Below the pieces are notes generated by a model. It worked only from the letters and a program-made list of their open reading frames with translations. It searched no databases and was not told the DNA's origin. A stretch of 64,000 bases of DNA from Chitinophaga pinensis (lineage in GTDB: Bacteria > Pseudomonadota > Gammaproteobacteria > Burkholderiales > Burkholderiaceae_C): NCBI GenBank assembly GCA_943326015.2, contig CALPRQ020000008.1, forward strand, positions 4,369 through 68,368. The letters run 5' to 3'. The translations under genes and the position numbers were made by a program. Within the stretch, counting starts at the first letter, position 1; each line of letters begins with the position of its first letter. Shown here in pieces: positions 37,730 through 48,802 of this stretch.

Positions 37730-40051
37730 ATGCCGCAACAGGAAGACAAGCGCAACGAACTGCGCCGCGCCGCCCTTGAATACCACGAGTTCCCGACCCC
37801 GGGCAAGGTGGCGATCGCCGCCACCAAGCAGCTGACCAACCAGCGCGACCTGGCGCTGGCCTATTCGCCCGGCGTGGCGGCGCCCTGCGAGGAAATCGTC
37901 GCCGATCCGAATGCAGCCTTCAAGTACACCAGCCGCGGCAACCTGGTCGGTGTCATCACCAACGGCACGGCGGTGCTGGGCCTGGGCGACATCGGCCCGC
38001 TGGCCGCCAAGCCGGTGATGGAAGGCAAGGGCGTGCTGTTCAAGAAGTTCGCCGGCATCGACGTGTTCGACATCGAGATCAGCGAGAAGGACCCGGACAA
38101 GTTGATCGAGATCATCGCCGCGCTGGAGCCGACCTTCGGTGGCATCAACCTGGAGGACATCAAGGCGCCCGAGTGCTTCTACATCGAGAAGAAACTCAAG
38201 GAACGCATGAAGATTCCGGTCTTCCACGACGACCAGCACGGCACCGCGATCGTGGTCGGCGCCGCGCTGCTCAACGGCCTCAAGGTGGTCGGCAAGGACA
38301 TCAAGAGCGTCAAGCTGGTCACCTCGGGTGCCGGTGCCGCGGCGCTGGCCTGCCTGGGCCTGCTGGTCAAGCTCGGCCTGCCGCGCGAGAACATCTACGT
38401 GACCGACCTGGCTGGCGTGGTCTACCAGGGCCGCACCGAGCTGATGGATGCCGACAAGGCGCAATACGCGCAGCCGACCGAGGCGCGCACGCTGCGCGAA
38501 ATCATCGCGGGCGCCGACATCTTCCTCGGCCTGTCGGCCGGTGGCGTGCTCAAGCCCGACATGGTGGCCAGCATGGCCGAGCGCCCGCTGATCTTCGCGC
38601 TCGCCAACCCGACGCCCGAGATCCTGCCCGAGGAAGTCAAGGCGGTGCGTGACGACGCCATCATGGCGACCGGTCGCACCGACTACCCGAACCAGGTCAA
38701 CAACGTCCTGTGCTTCCCCTACATCTTCCGCGGTGCGCTCGATGCCGGCGCCTCGACCATCACCGACGAGATGGAAGTGGCCGCGGTGCGTGCCATTGCC
38801 GAGCTGGCGCAGGCCGAGCAGAGCGATGTGGTGGCGGCCGCCTATTCGGGCGAGACGCTGGCCTTCGGCCCCGAATACCTGATCCCGAAGCCCTTCGATC
38901 CGCGCCTGATGGTCAAGATCGCGCCGGCGGTGGCGCAGGCAGCGGTCGACAGCGGCGTCGCGCTGCGCCCGGTGCCGGACATGGATGCCTACCGCGAGAA
39001 GCTGCAGAGCTTCGTGTTCGCTTCGGGCACCATGATGAAGCCGGTCTACGCCGTCGCCAAGAAGGCCTTGCACAAGCGCATTGCCTACGCCGAGGGCGAG
39101 GAAGAGCGCGTGCTGCGTGCCTGCCAGGTGGTGGTCGACGAGGGCCTGGCGCGTCCGACCCTGATCGGCCGTCCGGCCGTCATCGAGCAGCGCATCGAGA
39201 AGTTCGGCCTGCGCCTGCGCGAGGGCCTGGACTATGACGTGGTCAACGTCGAGCAGGACGACCGCTACCGCGATTTCTGGCAGACCTACCACCAGCTGAC
39301 GGCGCGCAAGGGCGTGACCGAGCAGATGGCCAAGATCGAGCTGCGCCGCCGCCTGTCGCTGATCGGCGCCATGCTGCTGCGCAAGGGCGATGTCGACGGC
39401 CTGATCTGCGGCACCTGGGGCAACAACCCGATGCACCTGGACTACATCGACCAGGTGATCGGCAAGCGGCCCGGCGCGCATTGCTACGCCGCGATGAACG
39501 CGCTGATGCTGCCGGGCCGCTCGGTCTTCATCGTCGACACCCATGTCAACTACGACCCGAGCGCCGAGCAGCTGGCCGAGATCACGATGATGGCGGCGCG
39601 CAAGATCATGCGCTTCGGCATCACGCCCAAGGCGGCGCTGCTGTCGCATTCGAACTTCGGCAGTTCGGATCAGCCGTCGGCGGTCAAGATGCGCCAGACG
39701 CTCGAACTGCTGCGCGAACAGGCGCCCTGGCTCGAGGTTGACGGCGAGATGCACGGCGACGTGGCGCTCGATGCGCAGGCGCGCGCTGCCATCATGCCCA
39801 GCAGCACGCTGGCGGGCGACGCCAACCTGCTGGTCTGCCCCAACGTCGATGCAGCCAACATTGCCTACAACCTGCTCAAGACCGCGGCCGGTGGCGGCAT
39901 TGCGATCGGCCCAATGCTGCTCGGCGTGGCCAAGCCGGTGCATATCCTGACCGCGAGCGCGACGGTGCGCCGCATCGTCAACATGACCGCGCTGACGGTG
40001 GCCGAGGCCAATATCGGCTCGCGTGCCGTGGGTGCTGCCGCGCAGGCCTGA
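37730..40051 (+). CDS. maeB: NADP-dependent malic enzyme with PTA-like C-terminal domain
   Basis: [44 protein letters not shown]; C-terminal HSNFG. Confidence 0.96.
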   Translation: MPQQEDKRNELRRAALEYHEFPTPGKVAIAATKQLTNQRDLALAYSPGVAAPCEEIVADPNAAFKYTSRGNLVGVITNGTAVLGLGDIGPLAAKPVMEGKGVLFKKFAGIDVFDIEISEKDPDKLIEIIAALEPTFGGINLEDIKAPECFYIEKKLKERMKIPVFHDDQHGTAIVVGAALLNGLKVVGKDIKSVKLVTSGAGAAALACLGLLVKLGLPRENIYVTDLAGVVYQGRTELMDADKAQYAQPTEARTLREIIAGADIFLGLSAGGVLKPDMVASMAERPLIFALANPTPEILPEEVKAVRDDAIMATGRTDYPNQVNNVLCFPYIFRGALDAGASTITDEMEVAAVRAIAELAQAEQSDVVAAAYSGETLAFGPEYLIPKPFDPRLMVKIAPAVAQAAVDSGVALRPVPDMDAYREKLQSFVFASGTMMKPVYAVAKKALHKRIAYAEGEEERVLRACQVVVDEGLARPTLIGRPAVIEQRIEKFGLRLREGLDYDVVNVEQDDRYRDFWQTYHQLTARKGVTEQMAKIELRRRLSLIGAMLLRKGDVDGLICGTWGNNPMHLDYIDQVIGKRPGAHCYAAMNALMLPGRSVFIVDTHVNYDPSAEQLAEITMMAARKIMRFGITPKAALLSHSNFGSSDQPSAVKMRQTLELLREQAPWLEVDGEMHGDVALDAQARAAIMPSSTLAGDANLLVCPNVDAANIAYNLLKTAAGGGIAIGPMLLGVAKPVHILTASATVRRIVNMTALTVAEANIGSRAVGAAAQA

Positions 40052-40070
40052 CGCGCGACGCCCCGGTCCG

Positions 40071-40117
40071 ACCCTGGTGCGGTGCCATGTTGCGCTGCAC
40101 CAGGGTTCTTGCTTTTT
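40071..40117 (+). terminator. Probable terminator hairpin after maeB
   Basis: ACCCTGGTGC/GCACCAGGGT 10-bp perfect stem (extendable with G-U pairs) followed by T-rich sequence. Confidence 0.6.
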
Positions 40118-40397
40118 GGGACTGCTTCAGGCACACTAGCGCGCTTGAATTTCAGGGTTTACCCTCGCGATTGTCGTGGGGTTGATCCGTGAGCGAGAGG
40201 CATCGGAGTTCGGGCGCAGCCCTGGAGCTGGGCTTGGTTGCGCCCGATCAAGCGGGCAAGAAGCCCGCGACAAACCGCTGCAGCGCCAATATACCCGATC
40301 CTGTCGCCACCTCTCCGACCGCCGGCGCGAGCCTGAGCCGCAGCATAGTGCGAGCGGTCGCATCATCGACAACATTGAATTGGAAAGAGACTCGCGG

Positions 40398-40934
40398 ATG
40401 GACCAGCCACTTCGTAACGTGCGCAGCAACATCGTTCAATCGATCCGGGCTTTCACGGTCAAGGACCTGCAGGCAGCGGCCGAGCAACTCGGCAACCATT
40501 TCCTCTACGCCAATCTGGCGACGGCCACCAACAAGCAGGACGTGCTCGACCTGATCGCCCAGCAGTACACGCTGCCGTCGACCTTCGGCAAGAACTTCGA
40601 TGCGCTCTACGACTGCATGACCGACGTGGTGCACAAGTCGGGCCAGCAGACCGGCTTCATCGTCGTGCTCGAGCATATCCCGACCAGCCCGAAGTTCGAC
40701 AAGGAAGCGCGCGAGCTGCTGCTCGACATCTTCCGCGACATCGCCGACTACTGGAACGACCGCAAGGTGCCGTTCCGCTGCTTCTACAGCTTCTCGGTGG
40801 CCCGTGCGACCAAGGGCGCCGAACTCGGCGCCAGCGACGAGCCGACCCTGACCGACAAGCTGGTCGACGTCAGCCCGCAGGCGCTGCGCATGAGCAGCCC
40901 CTTCAACGCCGGCTACTGGCTCAGCGCGGCCTGA
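40398..40934 (+). CDS. Barstar-family ribonuclease inhibitor
   Basis: FGKNFDALYDCMTD barstar motif; start moved to MDQPLRNV. Confidence 0.85.
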   Translation: MDQPLRNVRSNIVQSIRAFTVKDLQAAAEQLGNHFLYANLATATNKQDVLDLIAQQYTLPSTFGKNFDALYDCMTDVVHKSGQQTGFIVVLEHIPTSPKFDKEARELLLDIFRDIADYWNDRKVPFRCFYSFSVARATKGAELGASDEPTLTDKLVDVSPQALRMSSPFNAGYWLSAA

Positions 40935-40991
40935 GTCCCGGCGGGCGGCCAGGACGACATCGCCCCGGCTGATCCGCTCTGATCCTGTCAG

Positions 40992-41020
40992 CCAAAGGCC
41001 CGTCGCAAGCGGGCCTTTGG
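40992..41020. terminator. Hairpin between convergent barstar and rsmA
   Basis: CCAAAGGCCCG/CGGGCCTTTGG 11-bp stem with a GCAA tetraloop. Confidence 0.65.
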
Positions 41021-41066
41021 TCCGTCTGGCGGGCCGGAAAAGCCGCACCTGCGCAGCAAGGCCGGA

Positions 41067-41846
41067 TCAGCTGGCCTGGCCGGCTTCACAGGCCTGGGCC
41101 AGCGCCACGTATTCGGCCACCGGCACTTCCTCGGCGCGGCGCTGCAGGTCGAACTGGCCGGCGAAGCCACGCGCTTCCAGCCAGCGGCCCAGGCTGTGGC
41201 GCAGCAGCTTGCGCCGCATCGAGAACGCGACCTGCACCAGCTCTTCCAGCAGCCTGGCATCGAGCAGCGGCGGCGTCGCCAGCGGCACCATGCGCACGAT
41301 CGCGCTGTCGACGCGCGGCGGCGGGTCGAAGCTCTCGGGCGGCACGAACAGCACGTTTTCCATCTCGTAGCGCCACTGCAGCATCACGCTCAGGCGGCCG
41401 TAGTCGGCGCTGCAGGGCCGGCCCACCATGCGGTCTATCACTTCCTTCTGCAGCATGAAATGCTGGTCCTGCACCACATCGGCGACGCCGAGCAGGTGGA
41501 ACAGGATCGGGGTCGAGATGTTGTAGGGCAGGTTGCCGACCACGCGCATCGGTTCCGGCCGGCTGGCGGCCAGCGCACGGAAGTCGACCTTGAGCACGTC
41601 GGACTCGATCACGGTCAGCTGCGGGTGCGCGCGCAGGCGCACCGCGAGGTCGCGGTCGAGCTCGACCACGGTCAGCTGGCCGAGGCGCTCGACCAGCGGC
41701 TGGGTCAGCGCGGCGAGGCCGGGGCCGATCTCGACCACGAACTGGCCGGGCCTGGGGGCGATCGCATCGACGATGGCTTCGATGATGGACTGGTCGGACA
41801 GGAAATGCTGGCCGAAGCGCTTGCGCGCCTTGTGGGGTGCGTTCAC
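41067..41846 (-). CDS. rsmA: 16S rRNA adenine dimethyltransferase
   Basis: [22 protein letters not shown]; GTG start overlapping the surA stop. Confidence 0.96.
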   Translation of the reverse strand: MNAPHKARKRFGQHFLSDQSIIEAIVDAIAPRPGQFVVEIGPGLAALTQPLVERLGQLTVVELDRDLAVRLRAHPQLTVIESDVLKVDFRALAASRPEPMRVVGNLPYNISTPILFHLLGVADVVQDQHFMLQKEVIDRMVGRPCSADYGRLSVMLQWRYEMENVLFVPPESFDPPPRVDSAIVRMVPLATPPLLDARLLEELVQVAFSMRRKLLRHSLGRWLEARGFAGQFDLQRRAEEVPVAEYVALAQACEAGQAS

Positions 41847-43207
41847 TGGGGAGGCTCGCGGTATTCGATGTAAGCCCGGCCGCGCAACTCGCGCGCCCAG
41901 GTCTCGTAGGTTTGTTCGGCTTTCTGTTCGCGCAGCAGGTTGCGCACCCATTCGCGCAGCTCGCGTGCGCTCACGGGTACCTGGCGGCGTTCCTGCACCT
42001 GGATCAGGTGCACGCCGAAGCGCGACACCAGCGGCTCGGACAGCTGGCCGGGCGCGAGCTGGTTCATGACCTGCTCGAACTCGGGCACGAACATGCCGGG
42101 CTTGGCCCAGCCGAGGTCACCACCGGCGGCGGCCGAGCCGTCCTGGCTGTGCTGGCGTGCCAGCTCCTCGAAGCGGGCCGATCCGGCGCCGATGCGCTGG
42201 CGCATCTCCTTGAGCCGCGCGACCGCGGCCTCCTGGCTCAGCTGAGTGCCCGGGCGCAGCAGGATATGGCGCACGCGCGTCTGCGTGACCACGGCCTCGG
42301 GCAGGCCGCCGCTGCGCTTGTCGAGCAGCTTGAGCACATGGAAGCCGGCGCCACTGCGTACGACGTCGGCGACCTGGCCGGGCAGCAGCGAGCGAGCGGC
42401 ATCGACGAAGAGGGCGGGGTAACGGTCGATGCCGCGCAGGCCGAGCTCGCCGCCCCTGGCCTTGTCGGCCGCGTCGGAGGACTCGCGCACCAGCGCGGCG
42501 AAGTCGGCGCCGGCACGGGCACGCTGGGCCAGCTGCTCGGCGCGCTGGCGCAGGCCTTCGACCGCGGCGTCGTCGGCGCCCTCGGGCACCCGGACCAGCA
42601 ACTGGGCCAGGTTGATCTCGGCCAGCTCGGGGCTCTGGCGCTCGTTCAGGTAGGCATCGATTTCCGGCTCACCGATCCTGATCCGGTTGTCGATCTCGCG
42701 TTCGCGCAGGCGCTGCAGCAGCATCTCGTTGCGCAGCTCGGCGCGGAAGCTGTCGGCGTCCTGGCCCGTGGCCTTGAGGCGCGCGCGCAGTTGCTCCACG
42801 TTCAGGCTGTTCTGGCGCGCGATATTCTCTTCGGCCTGGGCCAGCGCCGCGTCATCGATCCTGAGCCCCTGTTCGGCCGCTGCCTGCAGCATGGCGCGCT
42901 CCAGGATCAGCCGCTCCATGACCTGGGTCAGCAGTTCGGCGCGCGGCGGCAGCTGGGCGCCGGCAGGCGGCTGCAGTCGCGCCAGGCGGGCCAGCACCTC
43001 GTGGTTGGTGATCGGCTCGGAATTGACCAGCGCCACCACATGGTCGGCCGACAGGGCCGGTTGCTCCGGCGAGGCGGGAGTTGCCGCGGCTGCGGCGGTC
43101 TTGCTCGCAGCCGGTATGGCCTTGGGCGCCGGTTTCTTCTGGGCAGGTGCCGCAGCCAGGCTGCCGGACAGCAGCAGCGCAGCCGCCAGGGCAAGGGATT
43201 TATTCAT
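41843..43207 (-). CDS. surA: Periplasmic chaperone/PPIase SurA
   Basis: Signal peptide, [10 protein letters not shown], two parvulin domains (GGELG, GGDLGW, FGVHLI). Confidence 0.94.
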   Translation of the reverse strand: MNKSLALAAALLLSGSLAAAPAQKKPAPKAIPAASKTAAAAATPASPEQPALSADHVVALVNSEPITNHEVLARLARLQPPAGAQLPPRAELLTQVMERLILERAMLQAAAEQGLRIDDAALAQAEENIARQNSLNVEQLRARLKATGQDADSFRAELRNEMLLQRLREREIDNRIRIGEPEIDAYLNERQSPELAEINLAQLLVRVPEGADDAAVEGLRQRAEQLAQRARAGADFAALVRESSDAADKARGGELGLRGIDRYPALFVDAARSLLPGQVADVVRSGAGFHVLKLLDKRSGGLPEAVVTQTRVRHILLRPGTQLSQEAAVARLKEMRQRIGAGSARFEELARQHSQDGSAAAGGDLGWAKPGMFVPEFEQVMNQLAPGQLSEPLVSRFGVHLIQVQERRQVPVSARELREWVRNLLREQKAEQTYETWARELRGRAYIEYREPPQ

Positions 43208-45665
43208 AACGCTCGAACCGGCTGGGCGGGTTGATTTCTTCACGCAGGTATTGATAGCGAGGCACATTGTTGCGCAGGGACTGCAGCGGGCTCGAGCCGA
43301 TGCGGGTGAAATCCGAGAACTCGAGCTGGAACATGATGCGCTGGTTGGCAGTGGTGGTGCTGTTCTGCAGCCGCTCGACCACGATCCGTCCGATCCAGCA
43401 GCCCGCATCGTATTCGAAGCCCGCCAGCAGATCGACGATCCGGCTTTCGGGCAGACTGTAATTGATCCGGCCCACGCTGTACCACTGTTGCGGACCGAGA
43501 CCGCGACCCGCCACGCCAGCTGGCGCCTGGTCGAACAGGGCCTGCAGTGGCCATTGCCAGCCCAGGTCGAGCTGGCGGCTGGCCTCGCTGGCCGATTGCT
43601 GCGACTGCTGCTTGACGCGGTAGGCAGCGTTGAGCACCCGGTAGGGTCCTGGCATGTAGCGCAGGCCCAGCGTGCTGCGGGTCGACTCGCCGCTCTCGGG
43701 GTTGTACTGCAGTTCTGCGCTGGCCGACCATTGCGGCGTCCAGTGCATGCGTGCGCCCAGCAGCAGGTCGGTCAGGCCGGATGCGACAGTCGATTCGCCA
43801 GGCAGTGTGACCCGCTGCTCGCGGAAGCGGTAGCGCTGTGCGATTCCCAGGCTCAGCAGCTCGGCGCCGGTCTCGGGCTGCAGCAGCCGGGTCGTGGCAC
43901 CCAGCGTCAGCGCGTTGAGGTCGGCGACGCGGTCATTGCCGGCGTACAGGCTGGGCAGGTAGACGGTGGACAGGTTGAAGTCGAACGGGGCGCTGTCGTA
44001 GCTCGGCAGATAGCCCTGTTCGCGGTAGGGTGTGCGCGAGTAGTAGAACCGCGGCTCCAGGGTCTGCACCAGCTCACGGCCGAAGAAGCTCGCGTCGCGC
44101 TCGAAGAACAGGCCGCTGTCCAGGCTGAGCGTCGGCAGCGCCAGGCCCACGCTGGCTTGCCCGTTGTCCAGCGCCTGGTCGAACTGGTACTGGCGTGCAT
44201 GCAGCTGCACTCCGGGCTTGATGAACCAGCCCGGCGCCTGCCAGGTCTTGCTCAACTGGGCGACCACGAGGGCGCGGTCGCCACCGAGAACCGTCGCGTC
44301 CTGCACGCTCTTGCCGTCACCGATCTTGACCTGTCGGTCGGTCGCGAAGCGGGTCAGCTCGGTCTGCAGCGAGCCTTCCCAGCCCGCGCTGCCCAGCAGG
44401 CTGAAGGGCGCCGGAGCCAGGCGGGCCGCCAGCGAAGGCACGCGATCGTAGGGCGAGGTGATCTGTGCCGCCGGTGCCGGATCCTGCAGCGTCTGCCAGC
44501 TGTAGCTGCCGGCCGAGAACGACCAGTCGCCGCTGCCCCAGTTCAGCACGGCCTCGCTCGGCAGCAGGCGCTGGGTCAGCCCCAAGCCCTTGCCCGCATG
44601 TGGAAAATCGCGCCAGTAGTCGTCGTCGCTGACCCGGTTCAGGTTCAAGCGCAGTCCCAGCTGGTCGACGCCCGGCACACTGGTGAAGCTCTGCCGATGC
44701 TGGATGGACGCACTCCAGCGGTCGGCGTCACGCAGCTTGTCGCCGGGCATGTAGGCACCGCGCAACTCGCCGCTGAAGTCGGATTCGAAGTAGCGGAACT
44801 CGCCGCCCAGGTCCAGCCCGCGCTTGCTCATCAGCGTGGGGGTCAGCGTCGCGTCGCGCTGCGGCGCGAGGTTCAGGTAGTAGGGCAGCGCAACCTCGAC
44901 CCCGCTCTGGGTCGCGATGTTGAGGCTGGGCGGCAGCAGTCCCGAGCGCCGCTGGTCGGACAGCGGGAATTCCACATAGGGCGCCCCCAGTATCGGCAGC
45001 CCCTTGAAATGCAGCACGCCGCCGTGCGCGGTGCCGGTGTCGGTCGCGGTGTCGAACTCCATCCGGCTGGCAGACAGCCACCAGTCGGGCTTCCAGGGGC
45101 CCGAATCGGGGCGTGAGCAGGTCGAGTAGACCGCGCGCTCGGCGCTGGACTGGTTCGGTCCCAGGAAGTCCAGCCGGCTCGCCTCGCCCTGGCCACCGTT
45201 CTTGAGCAGCGTGAAGCGGGGCTGGAGGAAATAGCCCTCGTTGCTGTCGAGCTTGAGCTTGAGCTCGCTGCCCTGGTAGAGGTTGCCGAGCCGGTTGACA
45301 CGCACCCCGCCGCTGGCGTGCACGGTATCGTTGGCCGCATCGTGTTCGAGCCGCTCCGCCTTGAGCACCAGATCGTGGCGGCGCAGTTCGGCATGGCCCT
45401 CGACCAGGGTCTGCACATCGGTCTGACCCTCGATGTGGTCGCCGAACAGGAAGGTCGGTCCCGCCAGCTCACGACCGCCGGGCAGGCGCTGCTGCAATTG
45501 CAGGCTGGGTTGCAACGCCAGCCCAGACTCGGCGCCACCGGACTGCGCGGCAGCCGGGCCCAGCAGCGCACCGCCAGCCGCCAGCAGCAGGACGCTGCGC
45601 ACAGCGGCGCTGAGGGGGCACAGGGGGATCTGCAGCGGGGCGGCGGTGTGGGGCTCTGGTGGCAC
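43200..45665 (-). CDS. lptD: LPS-assembly outer-membrane protein LptD
   Basis: OstA-like N-terminus, PYYLNLAPQRDAT, C-terminal YDAGCW and QLEF; start uncertain (GTG 45665 chosen; ORF extends to 45755). Confidence 0.92.
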   Translation of the reverse strand: MPPEPHTAAPLQIPLCPLSAAVRSVLLLAAGGALLGPAAAQSGGAESGLALQPSLQLQQRLPGGRELAGPTFLFGDHIEGQTDVQTLVEGHAELRRHDLVLKAERLEHDAANDTVHASGGVRVNRLGNLYQGSELKLKLDSNEGYFLQPRFTLLKNGGQGEASRLDFLGPNQSSAERAVYSTCSRPDSGPWKPDWWLSASRMEFDTATDTGTAHGGVLHFKGLPILGAPYVEFPLSDQRRSGLLPPSLNIATQSGVEVALPYYLNLAPQRDATLTPTLMSKRGLDLGGEFRYFESDFSGELRGAYMPGDKLRDADRWSASIQHRQSFTSVPGVDQLGLRLNLNRVSDDDYWRDFPHAGKGLGLTQRLLPSEAVLNWGSGDWSFSAGSYSWQTLQDPAPAAQITSPYDRVPSLAARLAPAPFSLLGSAGWEGSLQTELTRFATDRQVKIGDGKSVQDATVLGGDRALVVAQLSKTWQAPGWFIKPGVQLHARQYQFDQALDNGQASVGLALPTLSLDSGLFFERDASFFGRELVQTLEPRFYYSRTPYREQGYLPSYDSAPFDFNLSTVYLPSLYAGNDRVADLNALTLGATTRLLQPETGAELLSLGIAQRYRFREQRVTLPGESTVASGLTDLLLGARMHWTPQWSASAELQYNPESGESTRSTLGLRYMPGPYRVLNAAYRVKQQSQQSASEASRQLDLGWQWPLQALFDQAPAGVAGRGLGPQQWYSVGRINYSLPESRIVDLLAGFEYDAGCWIGRIVVERLQNSTTTANQRIMFQLEFSDFTRIGSSPLQSLRNNVPRYQYLREEINPPSRFERYE

Positions 45666-45791
45666 GGATGGGCGTACTGGATGGGGCGCGCGGCGCCGTT
45701 CGTAGAATAGCTGGACAATTATCCACGAGGCCCGCACCGCGGGTCGTTGTCGCAAGCGCCGGCCTGCGGCGCGCCAGATCCCAGCTTATAC

Positions 45792-46898
45792 ATGTCACCA
45801 GCCCATCCCGCCCATCCGCCTTCCATTGCCTGGACCGATCCGCAACGCCAGGCCGCCTTCGAGGCCTGGCTGGGCCAGGCCGCCGCCGCCCACGGGCTGC
45901 TGCCGGCCAGCCTGCGCCTGGCCTCGGCCGACGCCAGTTTCCGGCGCTATTTCCGCATCGACTCGGCCGCTGGAACGCGCGTGATCATGGACGCCCCGCC
46001 CGAGCAGGAGAACTGCCGCCCCTTCGTCCAGGTCGCCGCCTTGCTGCGCGAAGCCGGCGTGCGCGTGCCGGCCGTGCTGGACTGGGACCAGCCGCAGGGC
46101 TTCATGCTGCTCGACGACCTCGGCGACCGGACCTTGCTGACCGTGCTCGACCCGAAGCAGCCGGATGCCGCGCTGCCCTATTTCAAGGATGCCACCACGG
46201 CCCTGCTGGAGCTGCAGCGCATCGCGCGCCCGGACTGGCTGCCGGCCTACGACGCGGCGCTGCTGCAACGCGAGCTGCAGCTCTTTCCCGACTGGTACCT
46301 GATCCGGCACAAGGGGCTCGCGATCGATGACGCGATGCGCGCCACGCTGGACAAGACCTTCGCGCTGCTGGTCGAGCGCAACCTGGCCGCGCCCAGCGTG
46401 CTGGTGCACCGCGACTTCATGCCGCGCAACCTGATGCTGCCGCGTGAGGGCTTCGAGCCCTCCGATCCGGCCCGCCGCCTCGGCGTGCTCGACTTCCAGG
46501 ACGCGGTCTGGGGTCCCATCACCTACGACATCGCCTGCCTGACGCGCGACGCCTTTCTGAGCTGGGAGGAGGACTTCGTGCTCGACGTCACGATCCGCTA
46601 CTGGGAGCGCGCGCGCAAGGCCGGCCTGCTCGACTTCGACGGCTGGAGCGGCGATTTCGGCGCCTTCTACCGCGCGGTCGACTGGATGGCGCTGCAGCGC
46701 CACCTCAAGGTGGCCGGCATCTTCGCGCGCCTGACGCTGCGCGACGGCAAGCCGCAATACCTGGCGGACGCGCCGCGCTTCATCCACTACATCCGCAGCA
46801 CCGCGCTGCGCTACCGCGAGTTGACCCCCCTGCTGCGCCTGATCGACAAGGTCGAGGGCTGGGAAGCGGCGACCGGCTTCGCCTACGGCAGGACCTGA
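45792..46898 (+). CDS. amgK: APH-family MurNAc/GlcNAc anomeric kinase (AmgK-like)
   Basis: ADASFRRYFR, HRDFMPRNLM, LDFQDA; divergent from lptD as in Pseudomonas. Confidence 0.85.
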   Translation: MSPAHPAHPPSIAWTDPQRQAAFEAWLGQAAAAHGLLPASLRLASADASFRRYFRIDSAAGTRVIMDAPPEQENCRPFVQVAALLREAGVRVPAVLDWDQPQGFMLLDDLGDRTLLTVLDPKQPDAALPYFKDATTALLELQRIARPDWLPAYDAALLQRELQLFPDWYLIRHKGLAIDDAMRATLDKTFALLVERNLAAPSVLVHRDFMPRNLMLPREGFEPSDPARRLGVLDFQDAVWGPITYDIACLTRDAFLSWEEDFVLDVTIRYWERARKAGLLDFDGWSGDFGAFYRAVDWMALQRHLKVAGIFARLTLRDGKPQYLADAPRFIHYIRSTALRYRELTPLLRLIDKVEGWEAATGFAYGRT

Positions 46899-46901
46899 GC
46901 C

Positions 46902-47633
46902 ATGCCGCGCATCCACCAGCCCATGCCGCTGCAAACCGGCCTGCAGCTTGAACTCACGCCCGAGGGCGCGCGCCATGTCCAGGTGCTGCGGCTGCAGCCG
47001 GGCGACATCATCACGCTGTTCGGCGACCCGGTCTGCGGCGGTGAGTGGGACGCCACCGTGCTCAAGATGGGCCGCAGCAGCGTCGAGGTCGAGATCGGCA
47101 CCCACCATGCGGTCGAGCGCGAGCCGGCGCGCGCCGTGCATCTGGCGGTCGGCATGCCGGCCAACGATCGCATGGACTGGCTGGTCGAGAAGGCGACCGA
47201 GCTCGGCGTCGCCAGCCTCCAGCCGCTGATGACCGAGCGCAGCGTGCTGCGCCTCAAGGGCGAGCGTGCCGACAAGAAGCAGGCGCACTGGCAGGCGGTC
47301 GCGGTCGCGGCCTGCGAGCAGTGCGGTGGCAACCGCGTGCCGCTGATCCATCCGGTGCGAACGCTCGACGACTGGCTGCGCGATCCCGCGCCTGCGGGAA
47401 TGCTGCGCGGCGTGCTGTCGCTGGCGCCGGGTTCCAGGCCGCTGCTGCAGGTCGCGGCGACCGATCCGACCGCGCCGCTGCTGCTGGTGCACGGCCCCGA
47501 GGGCGGCCTGTCACCGCAGGAGGAGCAGGCGCTGCTGGCGCAGGGCTACGCGCCGCTGACGCTGGGGCCGCGCGTGCTGCGCGCCGAGACCGCGGCGATC
47601 GCCGCGCTGGCCGCGATCGCGCTCAATCCCTGA
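46902..47633 (+). CDS. rsmE: 16S rRNA m3U1498 methyltransferase
   Basis: HVQVLRL, EKATELG, GPEGG, LGPRVLRAETA. Confidence 0.95.
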   Translation: MPRIHQPMPLQTGLQLELTPEGARHVQVLRLQPGDIITLFGDPVCGGEWDATVLKMGRSSVEVEIGTHHAVEREPARAVHLAVGMPANDRMDWLVEKATELGVASLQPLMTERSVLRLKGERADKKQAHWQAVAVAACEQCGGNRVPLIHPVRTLDDWLRDPAPAGMLRGVLSLAPGSRPLLQVAATDPTAPLLLVHGPEGGLSPQEEQALLAQGYAPLTLGPRVLRAETAAIAALAAIALNP

Positions 47634-47636
47634 CCT

Positions 47637-48197
47637 TTACTTCCAGCGTGTCGCTTCCAGGCTCACGCTGCCCTTGTCGCTGCTCAGGGTGAGCACCTGG
47701 TCGTGGATGGTGGCCTGCAGCTGCATGCTGCGCTCGGCCAGACCTTCGAGTTCCTGCGCCGCCTCGGTCGGCAGGCGCCAGACCTGCAGCTTGTCGAGCC
47801 GGCTCAGCTTGCTTTCCATGCCCTTCCACCAGATATCGGCCTGGTGCGCGTAGACATAGAGCCGCACCGCGTCGGCCTGGCTGCAGGCTTTCAGCAGCGG
47901 CTTGTCCTCGGGCTGGCCGACCTCGATCCAGAGCCGCTTGCGGCCGGTGAAGTCGGTCAGATGCACATCCGGGTCGGTCACGTCGGACAGGCCGGCACCG
48001 AAGGCCAGGGTGCCGTCGCCGCCGCAGATATCCTGCAGCTCGTGCGCGTTGAGCGCCAGCGCGACCAGCCGCACCATCATGCGCTGGTCGGTCTCGCTCG
48101 GGTGGCGCGCCAGCGTCAGGCTGTGGTCGGCGTAATAGCCGTGGTCGATGTCGGCGATCTGCAGGTTCGCCTTGAAGATGGTGGACTTGATGGCCAT
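47637..48197 (-). CDS. yaeQ: YaeQ-family protein
   Basis: MAIKSTIFKA, ARHPSETDQRMMVR, WIEVGQP. Confidence 0.92.
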   Translation of the reverse strand: MAIKSTIFKANLQIADIDHGYYADHSLTLARHPSETDQRMMVRLVALALNAHELQDICGGDGTLAFGAGLSDVTDPDVHLTDFTGRKRLWIEVGQPEDKPLLKACSQADAVRLYVYAHQADIWWKGMESKLSRLDKLQVWRLPTEAAQELEGLAERSMQLQATIHDQVLTLSSDKGSVSLEATRWK

Positions 48198-48207
48198 CGG
48201 ATTTCCT

Positions 48208-48684
48208 TTATGCGGTGACCGACGGATCGGTGTGAATCAGTTCGAGCGGATAGCGGCGCCCGGCCAGGTGGTCCTCGATGCACTGCAGCACCAGCGGGCT
48301 GCGGTGCAGTGCGCGGCTGGCGCGCAGTTCGTCGGGCGTCAGCCAGAGCGTGCGCACGATGCCCTGGTCGAGTTGGGCGCCCGGCACTGCGTCGCCGAGC
48401 CGGCCGCAGAAGGCAAAGCGCATGTAGGTCACGTCGCCGGCATCGCCCGCCAGCACCGAGCGCGACAGGTAGATGCCGACCAGCGCCTCGGGCTCGAAGG
48501 CATGGGTGGTTTCCTCCAGCGTCTCGCGCCGGCAGCCCTGCACCGGGCTTTCGCCAGGGTCGAGGTGGCCAGCCGGGTTGTTCAGCCGCAGGCCATCCGG
48601 GGTATGTTCTTCGACCAGCAGGTAGCGGCCGTCGCGCTCGATGATCGCGGCCACCGTGACGCTGGGTTTCCATCTCTTGTTCAT
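48208..48684 (-). CDS. Nudix hydrolase (NudJ-like)
   Basis: WKPSVTVAA, NPAGHLDPGES...RETLEET Nudix box. Confidence 0.9.
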   Translation of the reverse strand: MNKRWKPSVTVAAIIERDGRYLLVEEHTPDGLRLNNPAGHLDPGESPVQGCRRETLEETTHAFEPEALVGIYLSRSVLAGDAGDVTYMRFAFCGRLGDAVPGAQLDQGIVRTLWLTPDELRASRALHRSPLVLQCIEDHLAGRRYPLELIHTDPSVTA

Positions 48685-48802
48685 GGCCCGATTATCGCCA
48701 GCGCGCAGAAGAGGCCGTCGCGGCACTGCAGCAGAGCAAGAAAGAACCCGGCCGCAGCCGGGTTGTCGATCGTCCAGGGCCGATGCAGGCCGCTGGCCGC
48801 GG

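Noticed and set aside
40076-40101. PhaR-like TGC-N-GC motifs after maeB
   Set aside because: Adequately explained as arms of the terminator hairpin; no independent support.
40176-40397. Possible eroded RNase in the in-frame extension upstream of barstar (RQYT...GRII)
   Set aside because: Motif spacing does not match barnase/RNase Sa and there is no signal peptide or DHY; likely chance.
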